A stretch of DNA of 64,000 nt from an uncultured Acidobacteriaceae bacterium (lineage in GTDB: Bacteria > Acidobacteriota > Terriglobia > Terriglobales > Acidobacteriaceae). Positions 52,532 to 62,100 of the stretch are shown piece after piece. Location: the NCBI GenBank assembly GCA_963789625.1, contig CAWBLK010000015.1:55589-119588 (forward strand). Reading direction: 5' to 3'. Below the pieces are notes generated by a model. It was not told the origin of the DNA. It was given only the letters and a program-made list of their open reading frames with translations, and made no database searches. A program made the position numbers and the translations under genes. Positions within the stretch are counted from its first letter, which is position 1. Each line of letters opens with the position of its first letter.

Positions 52532-55500
52532 CTAAACGGAGGCGGGGGGATCAGCTTGGCCATGGCAGAATCGAAGAGCGTGAACGCCACCGGCACTGTC
52601 TCCTGCGAGCAATACGGATTCATCAGACGTGGAGGCACAGCAGGTGAGTTCGACATCATTCTGAAAGTGGCATACTTCGTCCCCCCGTTCAAGATTCCAC
52701 ACAATTAACCTGTTACCGGAGCAAGACGAAGTATGTTGCCCATCCTCAGTTAGCACTGCACCATAAACATTCCCACGTGGACTCTTCAAAAGATAGAGTA
52801 CTCGGCCAGTTTACAATTCCCAGACTTGTACGGAGCCATCGCCGCCAGCGATAACTCGGCTTCCATCGGCCGTAACCGCCAAAGAGTTTATATGCCGTCC
52901 ATTCGAACAAGGAAACGTGCGGACCAGCTTCCCCGTGTCCAGTTGCGACATTTTCATTCGCGTCCCCGAAACAACGGCCAGGCCGTGTTTGCCGTCCGGA
53001 GTTATCGCAACTACATATTCCTCTGATGAGTGACGGCACAGAGTGCGCAATTTTTTCTCTTTTCCTAAATCCCACAGTTCGAGCGGACCCTCATACCGTC
53101 CGCACAGGAGCTGTCGACCGTTTGGAGTAACAGCCATCGAGACAATGTCCTCTCCCGCGAGGGCACCCAAAGTACACAGTTTTTCGTTCGTTTCCAATTG
53201 CCACAATTCTGGGGGCTTTTCTGTCTGAGTGACAATCACCTTCCCACGCGGTGCGACAGCGGTCGCCCATATGTAATCATCCTCCCCCATGCCTTCGTCC
53301 CGTGGCAACTTCAAGCTGCCTGGGTTTCCTCCTGTCCTGAGATCCCACAACTTAAGCGTTTTGTTGTCAGTGGCAATTGAAACAAAACACGGACTGTCCG
53401 GACTAGGTATGACACTAGTCACAATCTCATCGTGCCCACGTAACCTGTCGATGTATCGCTCCCTTCTCCAGATTCCATAACTGCAGGTTCCATTCACTCG
53501 AGACCGAAAGGGCCCGTCTGCAATCAGGGGTTATGGCTATAGCCTTCATGGCGATGTCGTCTTCGCGTACGCGGTGCCACTGCCAGGTCCGCTTTGCAGC
53601 CCCAGATTCAAGATCCCATATTGTGACGCTGCCATCGAACGAAGCGGAGACCGCCCGCTTCCCGCTTGGCGCGACTCCAACCGCGGTGACACAATAATCG
53701 CGGTTCACGATCTCAAGATCCAATGAGCAAAGTTCCTGCCCTGTTTCCAAATTCCAATATTTCAAGGAACCGTCGAAGGACCCAGAAACCACGTGCGTAC
53801 CATCCGCTGTTACTGTGACAGCGTTTCCCTCGTCACGATGGCCTCGGAGCGAATTCAACCATCGACGTGTCTTAAGATCCCACAATTTAGACTCGCATCT
53901 GATCCCGTCGAAATTAGCCGTCTTCCGTCCGGCGTTACGGCCAAAGCATTAATCTCGTCATCTTGTGTCTTGATGCTCGGAGTCTGTTGACCGGTTTCAA
54001 AGTCCCAGATTTCCAGATCGCCCCCGTTTGAACCGGCGATGACGCACTTTCCGTCAGGCGTGACCGTGGCGCTGCGTAGCCATCCCCCCGATCTCTGGAA
54101 TGCGTGCAGTTCGCGACCAGCGGCAAGGTCCCATGCCTTAAGATCGCCGCTTACGACGGAAACTGAGATAGCGCGGGTACCGTCTGGCGTAATCGCGACT
54201 ATGTAGGCATTGCCTGATTTCACGTCGATGCTGCAACGTTCCTGCCCGGTTTTCAAATCCCACAACTTCAACCTTCTACCGCCAGACAATGCAAGGGCGG
54301 CATCAGGAGTGATCGCGACACTTCGAACAGGCTCGCCGACTCGTATCGTCCGCTCCAGAGGATCGCCCGGACGAGCAAGGCATGACAACACAGGTTCAAG
54401 CCACCAGCCACGCTCGAGCATTCGCGCTCGGCTGAGCATGTCTTCAATGGGTCCAGATTTCACGTCATAAAGGCGTGCGACTAGCTGCTGGGTCAGCTGG
54501 TTTGAATCATTGTCGAGTACGTGAGCAGAAAGCCCAAGGGCCTCATGGACAAGACGGGCATCCTGGCCAGCTGCAAACCGCTCGAAGTCGTTGAGCAACT
54601 GCTGCACATCCGTTGCAGCGAGCTTGGCCCGTAACCAGTCAAAACCAACCAGGAGATCCTGGAGTTCACTCTCGCGCTTCGCCTCGCGAAGGTGGTATGA
54701 AACCTGCTGAAAGAAGTATCCGTCGTTTGGGCCTGAAGGCCACCCATGTTTGCACTTCAACGTGTACGCATCTAGTAATTTGTTGTGAAGCGCGATCAAA
54801 CTTGGTCCTTCGGCATGCTGGCGCACGAAGTCTCCCTGCAAGTCGTGGAGCGCCAGACGACCCCGTCTGTCGCGCCCCGCCAACGAGGCATCAACAAACC
54901 GGTCCGCAATTCCTTGCGTGGTGTCGCGATCACAATTCCAAAGTACTGCTAGAGCGGCCTCAGGAACCGGCACGTCCGCTGCAAACGCCGCGAGGTCGTA
55001 ATAGCGATCTCGCAGATCCGGCTCCAGCGAATCGACGCTGATTTGAATCGCTTTCAGCAGGCTCGGATAGCGGTAGGATGGGAACTTAAGCCGGATCTTT
55101 CCCAGATCGGCAGAACGGAACTGCCGGAGGAGAACCTCCCAGCGGTCCGGCTTGCCACGAGCCATGGCTCCGATCATTGCAACCGCCAGGGGCAGGTAGC
55201 CGCACTCCCGTATTATTTCGTGCGCGGCGACGGGCAGGCTTTCAATCGCTGTTCGGGCATACCGCGCTAGTATTTCCAGCGCTTTAGGGGGCTCCAGCAC
55301 GTCGACGCAATGCTCGAACGCCCCAAGGGCTGCCGCCACGCTTGCTTCCCGAGTTGTGAAAACGATCTTACAACGGGGCGCCTCCGCGCGAAAAGGCTCG
55401 ACAAACTGGGAGTCCCACACGTCATCCAATACGATGAGGGCTGCCTTCTCCCGCAGAATCGCCCGAAGGCGCTGGGTACTCTGCTCGGGAGTATCGAACC

Positions 55501-56284
55501 CAGTAGTGGGCTCCCCGAGCGCTCTCGCCACGTCACGCATCTGAGCGACGAGGTTCCCCGGCTCTTGACCAATGGTAACCCAGGCGATTCCGTCCGGGAA
55601 CGCGGCTTGCACCGCTTCGTCGCGGCGGCACAGGGCCTGCGCGAGGACAGTCTTACCAACTCCGCCCATGCCGCGCACTCCAGTGACGGCAACCTGACGA
55701 GCCACGTCGTCACTCATAAGAGCAGCCCGCAAGGGATTCAGCGCATCTGCGCGTTCCACGTAGCTAAGAGGCAGCGGCGGCACCGTTTCATAGTTTGTCC
55801 TGAAATAGCGTGGCTGAAGCTCGATCTTTTGACGAGCACCGATATCTAAAAGCAGCTGCCTAAACCCTTCCTGGTATGGGGTATCTTCTGAGAAATCTCG
55901 ATAATGCGCACACTCCAAATACACGGGCCGATCGGCGTCGCGCTGAACCAAGACCGGAATGACACACTTACCGTTCCGTAGCGAGCGTAGCTGCTCACCA
56001 CGGCAGACGTCCGACACAAAAGACGCAGCACTCATCAGTGCAAGCACCACATCGGACCGGTCCAGTGCCTTTTCAATCTCGACTGACCAGCTTGCACCTC
56101 CGCGAATGCGCGAAGCGTCGAGCCAAACAGAAAATCCCCTGGCGCTAAGGTCTTGTTGCAAGCGGAAAGCAAGATCTACCGCGTCTTTGTGAGCATAGGA
56201 GATGAACACCGCGCACGGTTCTGCGGCCACATCTGGGGCCGCCGAAGACCTAGCGTGCCGTTTTTTTTCCCGCTTCAGAGACAT
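52532..56284 (-). pseudogene. TIR / NB-ARC (STAND NTPase) / WD40-repeat protein, ~1250 aa; interrupted by two indels and one in-frame TAA as assembled
   Basis: TIR: AVFISYAHKDAVDLAFRLQQDLSARGFSVWLD...SFVSDVCRGEQL. NB-ARC: GMGGVGKTVLA (Walker A), LIVLDDVWD (Walker B), KIVFTTRE, GYLPLAV. Then 13-14 WD40 blades (LKLWDLKTG, LKAWDLAAG, LEIWDFETG, LKYWNLETG, VTIWDLESG, LKLWDLRTG, LELWDLGKE, VQVWEL, LIVWNLERG ...). Pieces are ORFs 53855..56284, 53427..53885, 52811..53497 and 52532..52789. Frame changes lie at TTT 53886..53888 and CCC 53461..53463; the in-frame stop is at 52808..52810. Confidence 0.85.
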
Positions 56285-56534
56285 ACTCCGCTCAGTGGTC
56301 GTCTAGCGTGAATAGACGTTAGCAGAATCGATTCTTCCAAGCCAACGTCGCACAACGGGGTGCCCATATCTCAGGTTTTCTAGACTTGGGCAGAATTTTC
56401 CCGTTCTTGGGATCGTTTCCATTTTTTTCTTAGAATTCTCTTGCCTTCGGCTTTTCATTGCTGTCGAATAAAAAAATAAGGCGGCATTCACGAATTTTCT
56501 CCGAATGCTGCCTTCTTCATTCCGAGGTAGTGGC

Positions 56535-57041
56535 ATGGAAAAGCGGAAGAACCGAACACACCAGAAAAATCAGACGCCGAAAATCGCCGACAAGAAACTT
56601 CGCGGCGAATGGGCCGAGATGGTTTTCATGACACGCGCCATCGAACTGGGTTTGCCAATCAGCAAGCCTTGGGGAGAGATGCAGAGCTACGACTTTGTCG
56701 TGGGCCGTACGCGCCACTTCGTGTCCGTGCAGGTCAAATCCACTATCGCCGAATTAGGCACGGGTTACGTCTGCACCGTGCGCGGCGGGCACAAGCCCTA
56801 CCCGCCCGGCTCCTTCGACTTTCTCGCCGCCTACGTCGTTCACGAAAACACCTGGTACATCATCCCTGAAGAAGAAATTTTGGGTCAAGACTGCGTTACG
56901 CTCTACCCGAAATCGCCGAAAGCCAAGTATGAAAAGTATCGCGAGGCGTGGCATCTGCTTGGTCTCGATGCTGACCGGCGGGGTACATCGACAGTATCCA
57001 AGGCTGCGCGGAAGAATTCTCGGCTGAGCCCGCGCAGTTGA
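56535..57041 (+). CDS. PD-(D/E)XK-fold endonuclease (PDDEXK_5 / group-I-intron-endonuclease-like family)
   Basis: KLRGEWAEMVFMTRAIELGLPISKPWGEMQSYDFVVGRTRHFVSVQVKSTI...GSFDFLAAYVVHENTWYIIPEEEI. The D...(Q/E)xK core and overall spacing match that family. A GAGG Shine-Dalgarno site precedes ATG 56535; the ORF is open from 56505. Confidence 0.6.
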   Translation: MEKRKNRTHQKNQTPKIADKKLRGEWAEMVFMTRAIELGLPISKPWGEMQSYDFVVGRTRHFVSVQVKSTIAELGTGYVCTVRGGHKPYPPGSFDFLAAYVVHENTWYIIPEEEILGQDCVTLYPKSPKAKYEKYREAWHLLGLDADRRGTSTVSKAARKNSRLSPRS

Positions 57042-57065
57042 TATCGTCGCAAGCATACACGAAGG

Positions 57066-57089
57066 TCCCTCGCTTCGCTCGGGATGACA
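57066..57089. repeat. Solo end of the GTCATYCCGA/TCGGRATGAC repeat family
   Basis: TCCCTCGCTTCGCTCGGGATGACA lies 25 nt after the nuclease stop. Compare TTCCTCGCTCCGCTCGGAATGACA at 49190. Confidence 0.45.
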
Positions 57090-57641
57090 GTCACGTCGAC
57101 GATTATTTCGTTAATTTGTTTCGGCGGGTTATTTTTCACAACGTCTAAGTTATTGAAAAAATCGAAACGCTCAATTCTCGGGCCGCGATTCGTGCGGGCT
57201 TTTCCTCAGGCTTCCACAAGCAAGTCTCATCGTCCACAGTTTGTTCACAAGAGCGAAATGTTTTTCGATTGCGGGTCGCAACATTCTGCTTCAGAGTGGG
57301 TTCAGCGAATACGTGGTAATTCTCGCGGCTTGCCGAATGATGAATGTTGGCGGAGCCAGTGGCAGACTGGCAATTCTCGAGGGTGAATTGCCGGGGGAAA
57401 ATTGGAAGCGCGCGTGAGCGCGTACCGGTTGCCCGGGCATTGCGGCCTCCTCTACAGCTTGCTCTTTGAGTGAGTTGGGCCGCTGGCCGTCGCAGGGGTT
57501 GCAGAGCGATGGTTCTCCGAATCATATTCTGCAGCCAGTGCTGGTAAAAGTGGCGCTCCATGCAAGTGTGAGTGCTGTCGGACCAGTACCGTCGTCTCGC
57601 CGCTCCTAGCGGCGGGAAGGCAAGACGAGAGATCCACGAAC

Positions 57642-57681
57642 GATGCGGCTTGGGATGGCTGGCCCGGGCCGCATTTGTTTT
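57642..57681 (+). terminator. Terminator-like hairpin with T-tract inside the non-coding gap upstream of dnaB
   Basis: ATGCGGC (57642..57648) pairs with GCCGCAT (57667..57673), followed by TTGTTTTT. There is no convincing ORF in the 600 nt upstream. Confidence 0.4.
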
Positions 57682-57858
57682 TCACGATAGATCACTCTTC
57701 CGTGCTTGACTTCTATTTCGCTGTTTGTTCTCCTACAATCTGATTCGCTAATTAGTTGCGATTGTGCGAAGTAATTCGTCGAGAAAACTTTCTGCAATTC
57801 GAACTGGTTTTCCAGAGGATGCGCCTCGCTTTCACAAGGCGCGTACGGTTAGTGTTCC

Positions 57859-59259
57859 GTGGGCGTTTCGAAAACTTGGGGAAACATAAATACTTTGGCG
57901 ACCACTGACTACAACATCAGCACACTTCCTGCGAACGTAGAAGCCGAGAAATCGATTCTAGGCGCGATTCTGCTGGACAACTTTGCTTACAACCAGGCTG
58001 CAGAGCATTTGCGGATCGAAGACTTCATGCTCGATTCGCATCGGCGGATTTATTCGCGCATGGTCGATCTGGCGGAATCGTCGCGGCCGATCGATATGAT
58101 CACGCTGATCGAGGAGCTGGATCGGCATAAGGATCTGCAGGCGATTGGCGATGTCGGCTACGTGTCGAGCTTGCTGGACGGCGTGCCGGACAGGCCGAGC
58201 ATTGAGCATTACGTCAAGATTGTGCGCGACAAGGCGCTGCTGCGCGGGCTGATTCATGCGGCGAATACGGCGATTGCGCGGGCGGCGGATCAATCGGATG
58301 CGGCGGAGGAAGTGCTCAGCGACGCGGAGGCTGCGATCTTCCAGCTTTCGGAGAAGCGCATTGGGCGCGGTTTTATGGGTGTGCAGGAGATCGTCCGCGA
58401 GTCGTTTGGATCTGTGGATGCACTGCTGCAACGCGGCCAGCGCATTACCGGACTGGCTACGCACTATACCGATCTCGACGAAATGACGAGTGGACTGCAG
58501 AAATCCGACCTAGTGATTATTGCGGCGCGGCCTTCGATGGGCAAGACGGCATTTGCCATGAACATCGCGGAGAATGCGGCGGTGGAAGATCAGCAGGTGG
58601 TGGGAGTGTTCTCGCTGGAAATGTCGCGCGAGGCGCTGTTATTGCGCTTGCTGTGCTCGCAGGCAAGAGTGGATGCACACAAGATGCGTACCGGGTCTCT
58701 GTGGCAGGATGACACGCGCAAAGTGGTGCGTGCCATGGAGCAGTTAGCGCATGCGCCGATTTTTATCGATGACACGCCGGGAATTTCGTTGAGCGAGATG
58801 CGGGCGAAGGCGCGGCGGTTGAAACAGGCGCAGGGCAAGCTTGACTTGATTATCGTGGATTACTTGCAGTTGATGACGGGCGGAAGCAAGCGGTATGAAA
58901 ACCGTACGCAGGAAGTGTCGGCAATTTCGCGCGGGTTGAAGGCGCTGGCCAAGGAACTGGGCGTGCCTGTGATTGCGCTTTCGCAGTTGAGCCGCGCACC
59001 GGAGAGCCGCGGTGGGGATCATCGTCCGCAGCTGGCGGATTTGCGCGAATCGGGATCGATCGAGCAGGACGCGGATATTGTGATGTTTATTTTTCGCGAA
59101 GAGGTGTACAAGCAGGACGATCCGGATTTGCAGGGGAAGGCCGAGATCATTATTGGCAAGCAGCGCAATGGTCCGACCGGAAAAGTACATCTGGCGTTCC
59201 TGAAGAATTGCACCAGATTCGAGACCATGGTTGAGGGTGGGCTGCCCCCCGAGGATTGA
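57859..59259 (+). CDS. dnaB: Replicative DNA helicase DnaB
   Basis: N-terminal LPANVEAEKSILGAILLD, Walker A IIAARPSMGKTAFAMN, IVDYLQLM, SQLSRAPE and RESGSIEQDADIV. GTG start. Confidence 0.93.
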   Translation: MGVSKTWGNINTLATTDYNISTLPANVEAEKSILGAILLDNFAYNQAAEHLRIEDFMLDSHRRIYSRMVDLAESSRPIDMITLIEELDRHKDLQAIGDVGYVSSLLDGVPDRPSIEHYVKIVRDKALLRGLIHAANTAIARAADQSDAAEEVLSDAEAAIFQLSEKRIGRGFMGVQEIVRESFGSVDALLQRGQRITGLATHYTDLDEMTSGLQKSDLVIIAARPSMGKTAFAMNIAENAAVEDQQVVGVFSLEMSREALLLRLLCSQARVDAHKMRTGSLWQDDTRKVVRAMEQLAHAPIFIDDTPGISLSEMRAKARRLKQAQGKLDLIIVDYLQLMTGGSKRYENRTQEVSAISRGLKALAKELGVPVIALSQLSRAPESRGGDHRPQLADLRESGSIEQDADIVMFIFREEVYKQDDPDLQGKAEIIIGKQRNGPTGKVHLAFLKNCTRFETMVEGGLPPED

Positions 59260-59681
59260 GGTTGGAGTACAGGAATCGCTGTACTTTTCCCGGGTAAGTC
59301 CATTAGGCGGCGGGAGTTGCGAGTTCGATGGCGGGCTGTGGAAAAGCTTGTGGAATTGCTGGCTGGCTAGAGAATGACTGGCAGCGATAGTTGGTGAGGG
59401 ACATGACTCCGGGATGTTTTCCAGCTCGTAAGGTCCTGAATAGTAATCAGTTAGACAATTCACTCGACATTAACATTGTTAAGCTCGGTGTGAAGGTGAG
59501 TTAATTCCGCTTTGCGGATTTGCACATTTTGGGGTCCTAGCCTTCCGATTTTTGTTCCCCTCGCGGACTAAAGCCCGGATCTTCTAGCGGGCTTTACGCG
59601 GCGCTGAAGCGCCGCTCTTCCACGTCACTGCAGGCAATTTCTTACTCTTCCTTTCTCCCCAAGACTAGGCGTTGCCTCGGT

Positions 59682-61490
59682 TCAATTGCTGTCTTCGCCT
59701 ACCTTCAAAACTGCCAGGAAGGCTTCTTGGGGGATATCGACGCGGCCGATGCGCTTCATTCGTTTTTTGCCTTCCTTCTGTTTTTCGAGGAGCTTGCGTT
59801 TGCGGGAAATGTCGCCGCCGTAGCACTTGGCGATGACATTTTTGCGGATGGCAGAGACGGTTTCACGGGCGATGATTTTCGCGCCAATCGAAGCTTGGAT
59901 CGCGACTTCGAACATCTGCCGGGGGATGAGTTCCCTCATTTTTGAGACGAGCGCTTTGCCGCGATCGTAGGCGAAGTCGCGATGCACAATGATTGAGAGC
60001 GCATCGACTGGTTCGCCGGCGACCAGGATATCGAGTTTGACCATGGGCGACTCCCAATAATCGGCGAGATGGTAATCGAGCGAGGCGTAGCCGCGGGAGA
60101 CTGATTTCAGGCGGTCGTAGAAGTCGAGCACGATTTCATTCAGCGGTAACTCATAGTGCAACATCACGCGCGACGAACTGACGTACTCAAAAGTTTTCTG
60201 CTTGCCGCGTTTGTCTTCGACCAGCTTCAGAATTCCGCCGACATATTCTTCGTTGGTGAGAATCGTGGCTAGAATCACGGGCTCTTCGATCTTCGCGATC
60301 TCGCTGGGATCGGGCCAGCGCGAGGGATTATCGACTTCGATCATCACGCCGTCGGTTTTGTAGATCTTGTAGCGCACGCCGGGCGCGGTGGTGATGAGTT
60401 CGAGGGCGAACTCGCGCTCCAGGCGCTCCTGAATGATTTCCATGTGGAGCAGGCCGAGAAAGCCGCAACGGAAGCCGAAGCCGAGAGCCACCGAACTTTC
60501 TGGCTCGAAGAAAAATGACGAATCATTCAGGCGAAGTTTTTCCAGCGCTTCGCGCAAGCGGGTGTGCTCGTGCGCGTCGACGGTGTAGAGGCCGGCGAAG
60601 ACCATGGGCTTGATTTCTTCGAAACCGGGGAGCGCTTCGAAGGCGGGGTTGGCGTCATCGGTAATGGTGTCGCCGATTTTCGTGTCGGCGACGTTCTTGA
60701 TGTTCGCGATGAGGAATCCGACTTCGCCGGCTTTGAGTTCATTGATCTCCACCGGCTTAGGGCTTTGCACACCGAGAGTTTCGGCGTCGAAGGTGGTGCC
60801 GTTCGACCACAAGCGAATTCGTTGACCCTTGCGAAGAGTGCCTTGAAAAACGCGCGTCAGGATCACCACACCGCGATAGGCGTCGAACCAGGAGTCGAAG
60901 ATGAGCGCCTGCAGACGGCCGTCTGGGTTGCCTTTCGGCGGCGGCACTCGCTTCACGATGGCTTCGAGCACATCGGGCACGCCCTGGCCGGTCTTGGCGC
61001 TGATGAGGACGGCGTCGGAGGCGTCGAGGCCGACCGCACTTTCGATCATTTCCCTGGTGCGCGGGATATCGGCGCTTTGCAGATCGATCTTGTTGATGAC
61101 GGGAATAATTTCGAGGCCGTTATTGATCGCCAGGTAGGCATTGGCGAGGGTTTGCGCTTCGACTCCTTGCGAGGCGTCGACTACGAGCAGCGCTCCTTCG
61201 CAGGAGGCGAGCGAGCGCGAGACTTCGTAGGAGAAATCGACGTGGCCGGGAGTGTCGATCAGATTGAGCTGGTAGGTCTGGCCGTCGTGCGCGGTGTACA
61301 TCATGCGGACGGCGTGGGCCTTGATGGTGATGCCGCGCTCGCGCTCGAGGTCCATGGAGTCGAGGACCTGGGCCTGCATCTCGCGCGCGGTGAGGGACCC
61401 GGTGAGCTCCAGCAGGCGGTCTGCCAGCGTGGATTTACCGTGGTCGATATGCGCGATGATCGCAAAGTTGCGGATGTGGGAGGCGTCCAT
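59682..61490 (-). CDS. lepA: Elongation factor 4 (LepA)
   Basis: [41 protein letters not shown], and the characteristic LepA C-terminal domain ...[28 protein letters not shown]. Confidence 0.95.
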   Translation of the reverse strand: MDASHIRNFAIIAHIDHGKSTLADRLLELTGSLTAREMQAQVLDSMDLERERGITIKAHAVRMMYTAHDGQTYQLNLIDTPGHVDFSYEVSRSLASCEGALLVVDASQGVEAQTLANAYLAINNGLEIIPVINKIDLQSADIPRTREMIESAVGLDASDAVLISAKTGQGVPDVLEAIVKRVPPPKGNPDGRLQALIFDSWFDAYRGVVILTRVFQGTLRKGQRIRLWSNGTTFDAETLGVQSPKPVEINELKAGEVGFLIANIKNVADTKIGDTITDDANPAFEALPGFEEIKPMVFAGLYTVDAHEHTRLREALEKLRLNDSSFFFEPESSVALGFGFRCGFLGLLHMEIIQERLEREFALELITTAPGVRYKIYKTDGVMIEVDNPSRWPDPSEIAKIEEPVILATILTNEEYVGGILKLVEDKRGKQKTFEYVSSSRVMLHYELPLNEIVLDFYDRLKSVSRGYASLDYHLADYWESPMVKLDILVAGEPVDALSIIVHRDFAYDRGKALVSKMRELIPRQMFEVAIQASIGAKIIARETVSAIRKNVIAKCYGGDISRKRKLLEKQKEGKKRMKRIGRVDIPQEAFLAVLKVGEDSN

Positions 61491-61650
61491 GATTGCTGCT
61501 AACTTTTGATTCTAGCAGGCAATATTTGCTTCCCGTTTGCACCTCAGCGGCGGAAGCCCCAGTTTGATGGTGTGGCAAAGATGGGCCAGCCCCTGGTCGC
61601 ACCGGCCCAGGTTTTTCCTCGTGTCCGAACCCCAGCCACGCTCCCAGCCT

Positions 61651-62100
61651 CTAACATCCGGCGAACGCTGGCGGAGGATCTGTCTCGCCGCCGTCACAAG
61701 AGGATTCCCCGCTTACGCTGTAAAGGGACAGCCCGCCAACGGCATCGGTTACTGAGGCGAAGGCTTGAACGTAGCCGACCAGGTACACAGATCCACAGTC
61801 GGAGAGATACTGCTGATTCCCCGAGTCGGCGGACGTTTCCAGAATAACTGGTGAGACGCAGGGCTTGATTATCGTGATGGCGAACCCCTGACTGATAGTG
61901 TCGGTCTCCGTTGAAGGGCTGCAGTAGCCAACAATTGAAGTTCCCGCAGACCCCGTCGTGGAGGGCCCGTAGTTGTCCTGACAATCGGCAGGCGTGCACG
62001 CGGCGCCGTACAGTTGCTGAGAGTGTGCCCTAGGCGTGAGTGCCAAGGCGGCGAATAGGGGGAGAATCAGCATACAGAATGTTCTAGCGGTCCGCGTCAT
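61651..62100 (-). CDS. Small secreted Cys-rich protein (149 aa)
   Basis: Signal peptide MLILPLFAALALTPRAHSQ followed by 8 Cys in a Ser/Thr/Gly-rich mature part. Its ATG overlaps the upstream stop (ATGA at 62097..62100). Confidence 0.55.
   Translation of the reverse strand: MTRTARTFCMLILPLFAALALTPRAHSQQLYGAACTPADCQDNYGPSTTGSAGTSIVGYCSPSTETDTISQGFAITIIKPCVSPVILETSADSGNQQYLSDCGSVYLVGYVQAFASVTDAVGGLSLYSVSGESSCDGGETDPPPAFAGC

Noticed and set aside
56303-56536. 77-aa minus-strand ORF in the divergent spacer between the STAND gene and the nuclease gene.
   Set aside because: It overlaps the probable promoter and Shine-Dalgarno region of the nuclease gene. The sequence is low-complexity, with no start context or motif.
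60564-61502. 312-aa plus-strand ORF overlapping lepA.
   Set aside because: Antisense to a complete LepA that has all GTPase motifs. Composition is typical of a shadow frame.
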